A DNA stretch of 64,000 nucleotides. Origin: Nemertoderma westbladi (Eukaryota > Animalia > Xenacoelomorpha). The notes under the pieces were generated by a model. It worked only from the letters and a program-made list of their open reading frames with translations. It was not told where the DNA came from and searched no databases. Below, piece after piece: positions 1 to 13,812 of this stretch. How positions within the stretch are numbered: the stretch's first letter is position 1; each line of letters opens with the position of its first letter. Both the position numbers and the translations under genes were made by a program. Location of the stretch: positions 1 through 64,000 of the forward strand of contig JAUCBJ010001929.1 in the NCBI GenBank assembly GCA_032718475.1. The letters are read 5' to 3'.

Positions 1-960
1 ACTATATTCATCAAATATTATTGTAGGTGTTCCTTATAATAGTTGCTGGCTTCATATCCATTATAACTGCTTAGTTTGACTTTTTAAAAGAAATATCTTC
101 GACAATATTTCCAGACATTAAATCCTTCACCTTTTGGCCAACATTTTTGGCATCATATGCTTTAGAACTACAGTGTGCACTCATCCCAGTAGCAATGCTC
201 ACCAATGCATTATCTGGTCTAAATGGATTTCTCTGAACTAAGTACTCTAGTATCTCCTCTGTATCACTCGCATCTTCAACAATTCTTGATTTCATAGAAT
301 CCTTGTGTTGTTCATTACTTTTTAATGTAACACTAGTTAAGTTCTTGCCTTATTAACTTCAGCACAAGCTGGTGCAGAAAGAACCCATGTAAGTCATTGA
401 GTTTCAGTCAATCCACAACCTCTTATCAAGCCAATGGTTGTTTTAATGCTATGCATTAGGCACTGCTCTATCACTAAGCCTGGGGACAGCCCTGCCCTTT
501 TTCTGTCAGATATACAAACTATATTGAGACCCTTTGAGAAATGTTGGTTATACCCTTTTGGGTGTTGTTCTTCTAATTTAAACATATTTTTGCAGATATA
601 GGTAAACAGATTGTAGGTACATGTTGTGCCCTGAAGCTGCAAAGTAACATGTTATGAAGTGCTTGCAAATGGAGGTCCCAGTTTCCGATCCTTTCAGCTT
701 TTAGAAATGTTTTAAGAATTTCTACCATCTCCATATGTTGGAACCACAGTTTAGCAGTCTTGCAGGTGTCCATGGATTGTTTATTCAAATCAAGCAATCT
801 TTGTGCAAATTTAAGACAATTATTACTTTGCATATCATAAATGGATAACTTTCTTCTAGTATATTATCAAATATGTCAGAATTGATGAGCCACGTTCCCG
901 GGTCAAGAATACATTCTTGCAGATCTGCATCAACAGTATTATTTAATATGCAGATGGAAA
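1..960 (-). pseudogene. Degraded DNA-transposon ORF, probably an Academ-type transposase
   Basis: Frameshifted minus-strand fragments read KTAKLWFQHMEMV..KAERIGNWDLHL, GLSPGLVIEQCLMHSIKTTIGLIRGCGLTE and NPFRPDNALVSIATG. I recall these motifs from Academ-like transposases; family assignment is from memory. Confidence 0.5.
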
Positions 961-1149
961 TCTCCCAGGTACATTCCAGATCAATGCCTTCCCTATAAAT
1001 GGCGATTTGCACATGCACATCCATGTGAGCAGCTTCAGGCCCTGATGCTACCTGGACGTCTTCAAATGGGGTAGCCAGCCTTTACATCCACTGTTGTGGA
1101 TATGTTTGGCCCCTTTAGTGTTTGCAGAGGCTACTGTACAAACACTAAA

Positions 1150-4100
1150 GTAATGAGATGAATACCATCAGTAGAGAATTTGGTAAGATAAACATTAATA
1201 CTAATGCAATCGACTACATTCAACGATTAGGGTAACACCCTCTGCGGGGCGCAAGATTCGACTGCTACTCGTGCGATTTATTGCGCAGTCTACTCGTTTA
1301 GCTATCTTGAAGAATAAGAGTTCATTCTCATCGGGAATCTATCCTTCCGACCACTTAACTCCACGACGGGCAAGTCTACTCAGAGTGGCAACAAAGTTGA
1401 AAAAGGAAGGACGGATCCGAGCCGCCTACTCACACAACAGCACGGTGTTTAATTTTAAGACGAGCGACTCTGCGCCAATCAAGATATCGACTCTGGTCGA
1501 CGTCCAACGTATTAATGAGTCTTCAACCCTGACAGAAATCCCGCAGAGAAATGTATCTCGATGAGATTCCAAAGAACCTGCTGGAGCTGGACCTACCGCC
1601 CTTCGCGCTTCGCAAAGGAGACTAGCCAAAGGAAATAAAAAAGGCGGGACCGCTGAACACTACGATACTGCAGCGACGGACGGGAATAACGAGATTAGAG
1701 ATTCCGAATCGCAGTTTGTCACGGATATCGATGAATCGATCATCGAGGAATCCATCAACGCGTCCCGAGCATCCAAATCGCTAAACTCCACGCAAATGAG
1801 TAACTCTTTCGAGGTCGAAGGAATGTATCCCAATTAATTAGGAATTCTCATTCATATTAACTCTGATTAATGCGACTGTTGAATTAATAAATAAAATATT
1901 TAAAAAAATTATTAAAATAATACAAAAATGTTGAAATAATATATAAATCTAATAATAATACGGATATATATATACTGGATTAAATAAAAAATTAAGTTAC
2001 TTTCTATACGACAATGAAAAATTAAATACCAGCGTTATTTTCATTTTGAATTTCTTTTTTTTTTGGTACTTAGTAATGTTTATTATTATTTTTTTTCTTA
2101 ATTATCTATAGGCATGGCAGAGTTTGGAATTAGGATATTTTTAGAAACAAATAATTTAAGCAAATGACTGAAACGAGAAATACACAAATAAATAAAAATT
2201 ATTTAGACAAAACTTGTTCATTCTGCTACTCGGGTTTTAATCGGAGTGATTTTCAATTGTATTGTGTTTTATGTAACAATATTTATCATATGCCATGTGG
2301 TACATATCTCTCAAAATTGGATCTAAATGAACTAATAAATTCAAAATGTTTCCTAGGTCATTATTGTATTTATTGCTACAATGAAATCTTTCCTTTTACC
2401 GGTATTTCGAATGATGATTATGATGTTTTCGAATGTGAACCTAATACTATAGTGCCAAATAACTTTCAAAATCCAAAGTTCGTATCTATAGACCCAGACA
2501 GCAATATTCTCAACGCAGCCAGATTCAGCGATTATTATTATACTGATATGCGCTTTAACAATGAATCCCAAAGAGTTAACGCTAAATCTAATTTCTCTAT
2601 CTTTCACCTAAACTGTAGGAGTCTAAATAACAACCTACCGACTACTACTAACTTCCTTGCTACGCTAGACCAGCAGTTTGACGTGTTAGCCTTCTCGGAG
2701 ACTCTAGTGGGTGCGAAAGACAGTAAAAGTAATCTCAACTTGGACGGTTACGGAGAGCCACTACTGACTAACAGACCCAACGGACGGACTTCCGGTGCTG
2801 GGTGGGGCATAGGTTTATATATTAAAAATTGCTTATCTTACACTGAACGCCCAGATTTACAAATAGATGATACTTTGGATAGAAATAAAACGAAATAAAA
2901 ATAAAAAAATCTAATAGTAGGTGCGGTAGGTATACCGCCCCTCTTCAGTGAAGTTTAATGTGTTTCATGAAAAATTAGAGCTTATTTTTCAAAAGCTAGC
3001 CACTACAAAATCTGACATAGTAATAACGGGTGACTTCAATGTAAACCTAACAAAACAGACTAATGAATCTATCCAATATCTCCAGACTGCTTCAACCTTT
3101 GGTTATACACAACTCACTAAAAATCCTATACGGTGCCAACTCTACATTAGATCACATATTGACTAATTTAACCACAGCCGTTAACACGTTGGGGGTATTT
3201 TTATCAGATTGTGGAAGTACCGACCATTTAGCAAACTTTGCACTCTTTCATGATTATTCCGAATTTTTTGACCAAAAGGTAACACGCGAAATATTCGATT
3301 ACTCAAAATTTAACGAAAATTCCTTTGAAAAAGATTTCTGCTCACCAAACATGTTTGATTACCGATCTGAAAATGTTCCCTCTGATTTAAAATTCGAAAA
3401 TTTCTATAATATGTTTAGTGATTTATGCAATAAACACCTTCCCACAAAAACTGTACCAATTAGAAAACTTTCTCTTGGATAACGGAAGGCTTATTAAAAT
3501 CAATTTTACATAAAAACAAGCTTTTTTCAAATTATGTCAAAGCGCCTACCATTATGAATATAATGAAAAAAATTATAAAAAATACCGGAATAAACTTGGC
3601 ATAGTGCTCCGAGACACCGAAAAGATTTTACTGCACGAAATTTCAGGATACTGCGGGAAATATGCGAAAGACTTGGCGCATCATAAATAACGTGCTAAAC
3701 AAAGGACAGAAAACCTCCTTCCGTAATAAAATAAATTGCAATAATACTGGTGGTACTGAAACAACATCATACCCTATCAAAATAGCAACCATTTTGAATG
3801 AGCTCTTCTCTTTTATTGGTCAAAAATTTGCGCAAAATATACCCCACTCAGCACGTTCGCCAATTCGCAAATTCGCCAATCCGTCACCGACACTCTAAGT
3901 CGTTTTCACTAATAGAAACGTCCACTGCTAAAGTTCATTACTACCTACTAAGCCTAGACTACAGCTCAGCATCAACGACTCCTTCCCTACTAGACTTATC
4001 AGATTGTAGCTGAGCCACTCGCCCATCACTTAACTTTCCTAATAAACCTCTCTATTAAATCTGGACATTTCCCATCATATTTACAAACAGCAAAGGTGAT

Positions 4101-4380
4101 ATCGAGTTTCAAAGGAAATGACCCATTAGATCCAAATAATTATAGACCTATCTCGCTACTTCCCATTTCCAGTAAAATATACGAAAAAATAATTTATGTA
4201 CAACTTCAAAATTATCTGGATCGCTTTTCAAAACTAACACCCTGTCAATTTGGTTTTCGGAAAAATACTTCCACTTTCTCTGCTGCGATTTTAACTGTAA
4301 CAGAAAAATTAAGTAAGTTATAGATTCCAAATCATCCAGTTACTCAATATATATTGATCTCAAAAAAGCATTCGACAATC
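1150..4380 (+). mobile_element. Degraded CR1/L2-group LINE (ORF1 3' part, then PHD-APE-RT ORF2, truncated in RT)
   Basis: ORF1-like 1271-1836 (IYPSDHLTPRRASLL). PHD-like Cys pattern at 2164+. APE motifs HLNCRSL, GDFN, LDHIL, TDH. RT motifs NYRPISLL, QFGFR and the DLKKAFD region. Many frameshifts. Confidence 0.85.
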
Positions 4381-5809
4381 TTAGCTGGAATGAATCGCTC
4401 AGTGGTGCGTCTAGTTACTGACCGCCATGGTGGAGGAGTGCTTCAGCCCAAATCGCAAGCTGAAGGAGAGCCTCTAGGTGTTACTGTGTGCGATGTGCTT
4501 ACCAGGAAACACCCACCACAGATGCCTGTTTCCACGGATTCATTTGCACAATCCACCAGTCCACCAGAGTTTGAGGGAGTTGACATAACCGGGCTCCCTG
4601 TCCTCAAGGTTGCGCGGACTCTCTCCGGAAGTGCTGGTCCAGTTGGTGGTGATTCCGAGCTCTGGCATACTCTGTTAACTCGCTATGATGCCCACAGCTC
4701 CCGCATCCGTGAAGCTGTGGCTGGTTTGGCTCGTCGTCTAGCCAATAGTATTGTTCCTTGGGGTGAGATACGTGCTCTGTGTGCGTGCCGTTTGATTGCT
4801 CTAGACAAGCAGCCTGGAGTCTGCCCCTTTGGGATTAAGGTGAGGTGCTCTATCGACTGCTGGCAAACTGTATTGCCTCCACCACTAAGATGGACATCAT
4901 CCAGGAGTGTGGAGCTGACCAACTGTGTGCTGGAATGAAAGCTGGGATCGAGGGCGCTGTCCACACAATGGCCTCTATCTTTGAGGATGACTCCACAGAG
5001 GGGATGTTGTTAGTAGAGGCCAGAAATGCGTTTAACACAATCAGTCACCCCACCGCATTGTGGAACTGCCGACTTTATTGGCACCGAGCATCTAGATTTC
5101 TGTACAACGCCTACAATGGCCATGCCGCACTATACATGTTAGACAGTGACACACCTATCTGGAGCCAGGAGGGCTGGACACAGGGTGATCCCCTTGCGAT
5201 GTATGGCTTTGGCTGTGCTACCCTACCACTCATCCGGGGTCTCAAAGACATTCACCCTTTGGTTAAAACTCATTTAACTGCAACCAGCTACAGTTCACCA
5301 CCAAGATCAATCATTGAGCCCGCGGATCACCCAACCAAAACAACAACGATTAACCCTGCTCATAGCAGCTCCATATCTACACTAATAACTGGCCAACAAT
5401 TCGACTCACAGAACCTCTCGCCCACACCCACTTTACCAATAAAAGGAGGTGACAACTCGCCACTGCCAGCTGCTCCTCAAGCTCCATTGATCCGATCGCT
5501 CCATTGATAGATCCGATGCCTCACAAGAGGCTCAGTGTCAGGCATGGTATACTGATATACTGATGATTGGTTACAAACCAGAACTAGCTAAAAGCTACCT
5601 TGTGGTTAAACCAAAGTATGAGAAATATGAACGAGCACTGTTTGGACCCAGTGGGGTTCAAGTTGTGACTGGCCACAGATTCCTTGGTGGATACATTGGA
5701 GATGAAGCTGGGCGCAAAGAGTTTGTTGACAAGAAGATGAAAGGCTGGGTTTCAAGTATCCAAAAACTGGCAGGGGTCGCCAATGTCTTCCCACAGACTG
5801 CTCACACTG
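4381..5809 (+). mobile_element. CRE-clade non-LTR retrotransposon RT remnant, part 1
   Basis: RLIALDKQPG, DQLCAGMKAGIEGAVH, ARNAFN, SQEGWTQGDPLAM, FLGGYIG. The ORF resumes at 18248-18262 and 19229 onward once two insertions are removed (AHTGMSRCIQAEWDYL). Confidence 0.8.
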
Positions 5810-6777
5810 TGTAAAAGCTTTTGTGGGATATAACTGGCCCTTTTGCTTCGCAATCCAGTTTCCCTTAATGCGCTCAAATACTCTAAAGAAAAACTCCCTA
5901 ACTCAAATGATGCAAGCTACCGGCTGATTGGCTGATTTGCTGTACGTATGGCCTCTTTGTTCTGTTCGATCAACCAACCAGAGCAAGGTCAACCAAGCAG
6001 AGTGATTCATCCTGTGTGTTGGCTAAGGGCTGCAAAAACCCGAATAGTTCGGCATTTAGACATTCGTGGAATCTGTGGAATATGGAGCTCTGCCAATGAG
6101 AGCTTTTCCTCTTTGTGTTGAAAGCTACCTGCAACAGCTCACAGGGTTCAGTGTGTTGGTTTTTCCAGAGCCTAGAACATCGGCTATGGAATTATTCTGA
6201 ATTATTCCAACATTAGAACGACTTTAATTATAAGAACACATAACTGTTACCGACGGCACGGTACGGTACGAATCGGTACGGTACGGTACGGTCTGATGTA
6301 CGGCACGTATTGCACATTATTTACTGCTATTTACTGTTTGTTATTGATTGTATCAGTTGTTTACATATTGTTATTTGGAGAATAACGATAAACGATCAGA
6401 AACCCCGATCTTCTTGATACACTAAGGTTAGAGAGACCGGTTACATATAGCAATTGCGACTTATATTATCGTGGTTTGTAGTGAATTGAATGCTATTTTA
6501 TAGGCCCTACAAATGTCGGTTGCTATTCTCTTTATATATGATTAAAATCAGTGACTATCGGCAATTCAGTGTGCAGCGGTGTGCAATAGTCTGTATGTGC
6601 TTGTCCGCGTAACAAAGCATCTCCTAAAGAATGCGCCTTATGTGTAACTTATAATCCATTCCGTTGTGTTTAGTGTAAGCCATAGCTCTGTTTATATAGA
6701 TAGAGCGCCAAATTTATAGCCTAGAAGACATATAGATTTGGCGGATTAAACTGCCAAAGGTCTTAAAAGCGCGAACA
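5810..6777 (+). repeat. 5' LTR (968 bp)
   Basis: TGTAAAAGC...GCGAACA. Nearly identical to 17056-18242 except about 7 substitutions seen by eye and a 219-bp gap. Contains (CGGTA)n. Confidence 0.93.
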
Positions 6778-7124
6778 GTAACAGTTATTAATTCTGATTG
6801 CAGTGTAGGCAATAAATACAGTTTACTATTGTTCTGGTAAGAACAATAACGGTTATTGCTTCTTTATTGCCGTAAGCAATAAAGCTGAAGTACCGGTCGA
6901 ACGGTAACCTGTAGGCCTAACTACCTAACCACCGGAACCGGTACTTACAGCAGTATACTGGTATAGGTTCATCAGTATTATTTCGATTGTGATATATTGT
7001 ATATTGTAGGCTGTTAGGGGATTAGGGATTGATCACCCCTTATTCCTTTGCATGGTTTACTTATTTCTGTCAGTTTTATTTACTAGTAGGCTAATATTGA
7101 GCAGAAGACGTGTAAGCCTGCTCA

Positions 7125-7725
7125 GATCGTACAGATAATTTGTAGGCTGGATTGTTGTCTGACTATTGATAGGTCTGAACGGATTGCAGTGCATGTAGAG
7201 TGTATGTCCGATAAAGTGCCGGTTAGGAACGTAGGGGCAGCTAGAGCTGTAAGGTAAACCCCCCCCCCCCCCCGGAAAGAATAAGTCGTACTACTAGGTT
7301 AGAACGCATACTAACTAACCATTTCGGAGTCTGCATGTCCTGTAGTTTATTTAGGCTTGATAGTAGTCTGCCAGCGTTTTGTCTGTACTTTGTTTGTATA
7401 GTCTGTACAGGTACCGTACTATTTCTTATTCAGATAATTTATAGGCTAGATTGTTGTCTGGCTGTTGTTAGGTCTGAAGAGATTGTGGTGTGTGTAGAGT
7501 GTATGTCCGATAAAGTGCCGGTTAGGAAAGTAGGGGCATCTAGAGCTGTAAGGTAAATCCCCCCCCAAAAGAATAAGTCGTACTACTCGGTTAGAACGCA
7601 TACTAACTAACCATTTCGGAGTCTGCACATACTGTAGTTTATTTGGGCTTGATAGTAGTCTGCCAGCGTTTGGTTTGTATTTTGTTTGAGTAGTTTGTAC
7701 GGGTAGCGTAATATTTATTATTCAG
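7125..7725 (+). repeat. ~298-bp tandem duplication in the element's 5' UTR
   Basis: CAGATAATTT...GTAGAGTGTATGTCCGATAAAGTGCCGGTTAGG...GATAGTAGTCTGCCAGCG occurs twice. Confidence 0.85.
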
Positions 7726-9055
7726 AGTTTATGCGATTATTCGCAACATTCATACCCCAAGTTTATTCCTACAGTAATTGTGCTTGTTATACATACCGTT
7801 ATAGTTAAATTAACCCCGGTACTACATAAGGGCTGCTTGGCGTAGGTAAAGACTGGTGATTTTGTGCCCCGGTCACTCCAGCAGATGCCGTGGTTCCTTT
7901 AGCTGTACAAGTATTTCTAACTGCTAGTTATTTGTTGTACAAGTACTTGTACCTAATTTAGGGTTTAGTGTACAGTGCTTTCCGAAGGTAATTAGTGTGT
8001 AGGCAGTATATTTGTGTTGTAAAGTGGTTAATAGGCACGTTGGCTCTGGTAGGCCGCGGTAATTAACTTCCAGGTAGGGACACTCCGTGATACATAACGT
8101 AGTACTTATAGCGATACGGCTATAAGTCGTCAGACGGTGGTATTTTTCCTATCTGGACAACGCAATATATTTACTACTGGTTTATTATTTTCAAATACCG
8201 TAATATCCTGTCCGTTGTAATAACCAGATTTTCTAACCCTTTGTTAGGCTGGTTTGTAGATTCCCTGTAAAATTACCCTAAAAATTCGTATTTGTAATTT
8301 TTGTGTTTATTTAGAGATGGTAATCTCACCCCGAATTGTACGTAATTTGTAGTATTAAGTAACTTAGGTAAATTAGAATTATTTGTTTTAGTGTCCAACA
8401 AGTAGCACTTCACTGAGAGCGCACAGCTTCTGTGTAGTGACTCCTCCCCAGAAATAATAACATTTATTTCAAATATTGACAAAAACCCATTAAAACGGGT
8501 ATATATATTATAAATCAACTCAAACGATTTATAAATAGTAGGCCTGCCATACAACAACTAGGTCTCAATATCAGTTGGACTACTGCTCAAATAACGGTAA
8601 TAAAGTAAGTTAAAGTAACCAAGTAACCCCTAAAATTCAGAAATTCAATTATTCTAAAATAATTGATATACCGGTATTTACAATAGGCTTATTATATTTA
8701 TTTCTATAAATTTAGGCGGCAATTATACCGGTATTCTGTAATTAATTCTAGTCCATAATTATACTTATATATACTATAAGTGTAAGCTGTATACCGCTAT
8801 TCACGATAGGCCTATTATATATTTATATATATTTGTGCTGAAATTACATACCGGTATTCTGTGACAAATCTAGTCAGTAATAATACTTATATATATACTA
8901 TAAGTGTATACCGGTATTCTAATATATTGTGTATATATATCATGTTACATAGAGTAACGATATCGGTAATTAATTACTAGGCTAACAGTGATACTGAATT
9001 ACTAGACTTGCTTTAACTGTAATATAGCAGTAGGCATTCAACTGTACAAACCAAC

Positions 9056-12000
9056 ATGTCTGACACAAAGCAAAACCTGTCAGACAGTCTCCTAGATACA
9101 ACCATATGTGACCCAGACAGGAGTGTGGTACGTGTAGGACCGAAGTTCAACTCACCTCCTACTGTAAGAAAGATCATCCCTCCAGTAGTAATATCAGACC
9201 CTAGGCTAGTCCAACATCGTAGGTCTATCATAGGCACTCGAGCTCAGGTCAAGCGGGACCAAGAAGCAGCAGAACAGCAACTACCCGCAAGCCGAGAACT
9301 TATTTCTCAGCAGCCCGACAGCTCCAGTAGTGCAGATACTGTAGAGCTGACACCCGAGCGCGGAGCGAAGATGACTGATGCGGTTTATTCGGATCCCCTT
9401 CTCATCCTTCCTGCAGCCGTACTCACTAGGGTATTGATTGCGGTGGAAGAACACCAGATTGATTGGACGAGAAGTAAGCGATCGACCAAGGATAGTTATG
9501 CGGGATACACAAGGGAAGAACTGAAGTCTATTGTCGAGTCGCAATGGAACTTCCCCGGACCCGGACTCCCGTTTGACTTATCGGAAGCTGCCTGGGAAGA
9601 CATACACAGGATGGGAGTAACGAAAGAAACCATCGATCCAGCTGTGTGGAAGAGGTCAGCAGCAGGATACGTACAGGGATTCTTCAGCTCTATGGAGCGA
9701 TTAAAAGAGCAACTGTTTCAACAACCCCAAGGACCTCAAGAGCAGGGACAGCTGCTTTATCAAGTTAGAGAAAGAATTCTACGAATCAGGCTAATCTTAT
9801 CGGCCTTTGAGGAGGCTTCTAAAAGAAGACAAGACACGTCGTTGCAAGTTGCCGTAAAGACTTGGTTTCAACGGGTGGGTCTCCAGGTTCAAGGAACGGC
9901 TCAGTGGAAAGCTCAGCTGGATGAGCGCTCAACCCATGGAGAATCAACAGACGCTACATTTTCCCAAGTGGAAAGTGAAGTGACGGCAGAGAAACCGCAT
10001 AAGAGGGATGCCATTGACATCTATCTGTCGGACTATCAACGTTTTGTAGGAGATGAAGAGTTGAGGAGAAGGCTAGATGGACTTAGCCCTAATAGTGAAG
10101 GAGCCAAGCTTGTGTTGGACGCAATAGATGCGGATAGGATAGCTGCGAACCAAGCTACATTTGATGAACGCCTCCACATCACTAGGGTCCAAGAAGAACA
10201 AGTAAAGAAAAAACGTATAGAAGACAGAAAGACAGCGGCAGTGGCAGCAGCAGTGGCAGCGGCAGAAGTGGAAAGAAAAGCGACAGCGGCAGCGGCAGAG
10301 GTAGAAGCGGAAAGAAAGGCGGTAGAAGTGGAAAGAAAAGCGGCGGCGGCGGCAGCGGCGGCAGCGGCTGAGGCAGAAGCGGAAAGAAAGGCGGTAGAAG
10401 TGGAAAGAAAAGCGGCAGTGGCAGCGGCCGAAGCGGAAAGAAAGGCGGCAGTGGCAGCGGCAGAGGCAGTGGCAGAAGCAGAAAGGAGAGTGTCTGAAGA
10501 AACCACCCAACTAGAATTGGAAAACATTCAGGAGAATCAAGACTGCATAAATAAACAGTTAACAGCTAGTCAAATGCAGATGATGGGTCGATCAACTACC
10601 AAAAGACAGGGATATACATCATCTCAGGAAGGCGATACCACCGATCCTGAAGGCGGAGGAAATCGATCTCGCCTAAGCAGACGTAAAAGAATGTCCCACC
10701 GTCAGAAATTGCCTGATTTGCCCCCAGCTGTTAGAAGGCAACTAGCTAGCACAGACTTAGGTAGTACAGAACCCACAGACCAAATAATTAACATAGAAAG
10801 ACTCCCTACTATAGTAGATGAGCCTGAAATAATTAGGCCTGTTCTCGAAGCCACCCCTTCGGTGATAGAGACACCTGTACTCCCTGAACCTACCTCTAAA
10901 TTCCCTCTGCACAGCACGAAGCTACCTGTGCCCCACAGAACCACCCCTGAAATTGTTCATGTCCTGGACTCCGAGCGAAATATTCATGACTTGTCGCCCG
11001 TTGTCCCTCGTCCGCCCGCTACAACGTTGGCGCCTCCCGCTTCGGCGGTCGAGTGGGTAGATGAGGGACGACGGGAGATGGGTCTTCTGCTCGGACAGCT
11101 GAGGGAACAACATTCTCGCTCCTCTCAGCAGGCCCAGGAGATGGAGGGAACTGTGCAGCAGTTAAAGGGAACAATTAGAGAGAGTAGGTTAGAGTTGCAA
11201 GAAGTGCAGCAAAGTATCGCGTTAGAACGCGATAAATTAGTAAATACACAAAAGGGTATACCACCAACCCCGGTAACAATGTGTCAACCTGTTAGGTCTG
11301 AAGTATTTCATGCGCAAGGTGTGGAGCCTACACACATCTATACTGCTAGCGAAGTAGAAACTCCTATAGTAAACCCTATTAAGGGTAATTATAAACCTGT
11401 TGACAATGATATCCCATATAGACTTGATAATAATCCGAGAAATTTATATACCGATAACTCGATATTAAATAACACAATGGCCCAAGAAAGTTTTACGCGT
11501 CAAATGGCTAGAACCGAAGCCCGTCAAGCGGTAAAGGTGGGAGAGATCGTTAAGTTCAATGGAGATGAGATGAAATGGTTACTTTTAATGAATATTACAA
11601 AGATAACATACAAAACTATGTGCTATCTAACAGAGAGAAACTTAGATTCCTCATCGAGTGCTTGGAAGGATCTCCCAAGTTAATGGCGTTAAAGTTTATT
11701 GGACATCCAGATGGATTAAGACAAGTTTGGGATACCCTAAACATCAGGTATGGTAATAGGAATAACATAGCTAGGTATTTGTATGCAAAATTGGTAGCGC
11801 CCCGAAAATTCATTAGCAGCGGGATTATAGAGTTTTCCGATGAAATTCAGGAGATCTGTAGACAATTAGATTGGCTAGGTAAGTCTCATGAATATCAGAG
11901 TTCTATGGTTATTGGAGCCGTGGCCTCTACTTTACCGAAGGGTGGAGTAGGTACACGCTGGGATAAGAAAGTATTATATATGATGGAACAACAACGACGA

Positions 12001-12843
12001 GACCCTACCATGGCTGATCTCATGTCATTCTTAGATGGAGAGGTAAAATTACAGCTCCTAAAGCAGTCCAGAGAGAAGACACCGGAAAATAAGGTAAGTG
12101 AGAAACCCGTTTCTAGGAGAAAGGTAATACCAGTGTGTTATACCGACGACGGCGAAAGCCAGACTTCTCAAGGAGAGGATAGCGGGAAAGACACTGAAAG
12201 ATCTTACTATGACAACAAAGCGCCTAAGGACGTAAGTAAATTCAAGTCTCGAACCAATGACAGGAGAGAACAGGTAAGAAAAACTCCTACGTCCCCTAAG
12301 AGAATTCATGTAAGAAAGCCCGAGGAAAGAACGAGTGTGCACCACGTTACTCAAAGTAAGGTAAGTAACATCAAACCAAAATGTGTGCTGTGCGACGGGC
12401 CCCACCGTTTAAGTGCGTGTGATGAATTCCTGAGGAAATCACTAAAGGACAGACGTGAAGTCATGTGGGATAAGCGGTTGTGTTATAATTGCCCCAGACG
12501 AGGACACCAACGGCGAACCTGTTACTCCGACGCAAGGTGTGCAAAGTGCGGCGCAAAACATCATATCTTGTTGCACACGGAATTCGAACGAAACAGCCCG
12601 AGTCAGGTAAGTGAGTCCGAACTACATGTCCAATTCAGTGATGTGAACGACACTGAACAAAGTTCTGAGATGGAAGGATTCTATACGGATGAATTCTCCG
12701 ACAAAAACGAATCCTGTTACCTAATAAATACCGCAGTGTATCGAGCACTTATGTATGAGAAGGAAACCGACAGTGAGCTTCCCCTAACTACTCCTGACCG
12801 ACAACCATCTTGGAAAGCACCAACTTCCAACGTAGGAATCTGA
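9056..12843 (+). CDS. BEL/Pao gag (coiled coil, capsid-like region, three Zn knuckles); one frameshift near 11575
   Basis: Ala/Glu/Arg/Lys coiled-coil repeats; KFNGD..KW|VTFNEYY..EKLRFLIECLEG..RYGN; knuckles CVLCDGPHRLSAC, CYNCPRRGHQRRTC, CAKCGAKHHILLH. Confidence 0.85.
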
Positions 12844-12855
12844 GAATTTCCCGTA

Positions 12856-13812
12856 GTGCAGTTGAGAGTCCACGGGCCTGAAAAGAGCTATATAGTGAAC
12901 GCCCTCCTTGACTCCGGCAGCACAGGAACATTCATCGACAAAGAACTAGCCGAAGACATCTTTGCTGGACAACCCAAGTTCCGAACTAAGTTGAACATGT
13001 CAGGAATTATGCAGGTTTGGAAATCTACAGTAACTACAGATTACTATGTAGGTGCGTTGTCCACCCCCCAGGATGAACTAGGAGAACACAGCATAAGGTC
13101 AGTAAAAATGGTGGCGATAAAGAACTTCGCTACCAGCCAAGTAGAACCTTATAACTGGGATGAGGACGATTTCACCCAGCAGTTTGATATACCTAGATTC
13201 AACACAGATTACCCTGGAGTGCAAATACTCATCGGTCAAAATGCGCATGAGGCGCTCGAGACATTGGAGAAACGGCCTGCTCAACCGAAACCATTACAAG
13301 TCTATGCGGGAAGAACTAGAGTAGGTTGGTACTTTACTGGCCCTTCACGTAGAACTCTCATGGAAAGATTACCAAAAGAACAGGTATATCAATTAAGTAA
13401 ATGGGAAGTGGAGAGCAGTGAAGTTGACGACCCAACTGAGGGAACACCATACTCCTCAGATAATGACGATATTAACTCCAATGTAGATCAATGGAGACAT
13501 TGCCCCGAGACGATTAATCTAGCCGACATCGCTTCCAGAGGAGCAACTCCTCAAGAACTGACAGATACTCCAGACCGGTTAGGTGGACCCGACTTCCTAA
13601 ATAAAGAAGATGAATGGCCTCCTCATCTTACCCCGGCGAAGATTAGACAGGCCAAGGGAGCGGAGAAAGTAACACAACCACTCAATCGCCCAGCTGGTCG
13701 TTTATGTTTACTGGAAAGAGACCGAAAACTGTCCGGAAACTATGGAAGGCAAGATACTCTTCCCACGACCACCTCCCTAATCCAACAAATATCTAGGGAC
13801 TCCATAACGTAA
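12856..13812 (+). CDS. BEL aspartic protease fused to a short RNase H C-terminal remnant
   Basis: ALLDSGS, ILIGQN, TRVGWYFTG, then QWRHCPETINLADIASRG..GPDFL. No YxDD motif and no integrase DDE. Confidence 0.85.
   Translation: MQLRVHGPEKSYIVNALLDSGSTGTFIDKELAEDIFAGQPKFRTKLNMSGIMQVWKSTVTTDYYVGALSTPQDELGEHSIRSVKMVAIKNFATSQVEPYNWDEDDFTQQFDIPRFNTDYPGVQILIGQNAHEALETLEKRPAQPKPLQVYAGRTRVGWYFTGPSRRTLMERLPKEQVYQLSKWEVESSEVDDPTEGTPYSSDNDDINSNVDQWRHCPETINLADIASRGATPQELTDTPDRLGGPDFLNKEDEWPPHLTPAKIRQAKGAEKVTQPLNRPAGRLCLLERDRKLSGNYGRQDTLPTTTSLIQQISRDSIT

Noticed and set aside
10036-10527. Antisense Ala/Ser- and Cys/Arg-rich ORFs
   Set aside because: Shadow frames of the gag coiled-coil repeats; the same applies to 24756-25106 and 45785-46189.
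11570-11600. Programmed frameshift in gag
   Set aside because: It falls inside a conserved gag motif (KW|VTF) and is explained by a 1-nt G deletion, either mutation or sequencing error.
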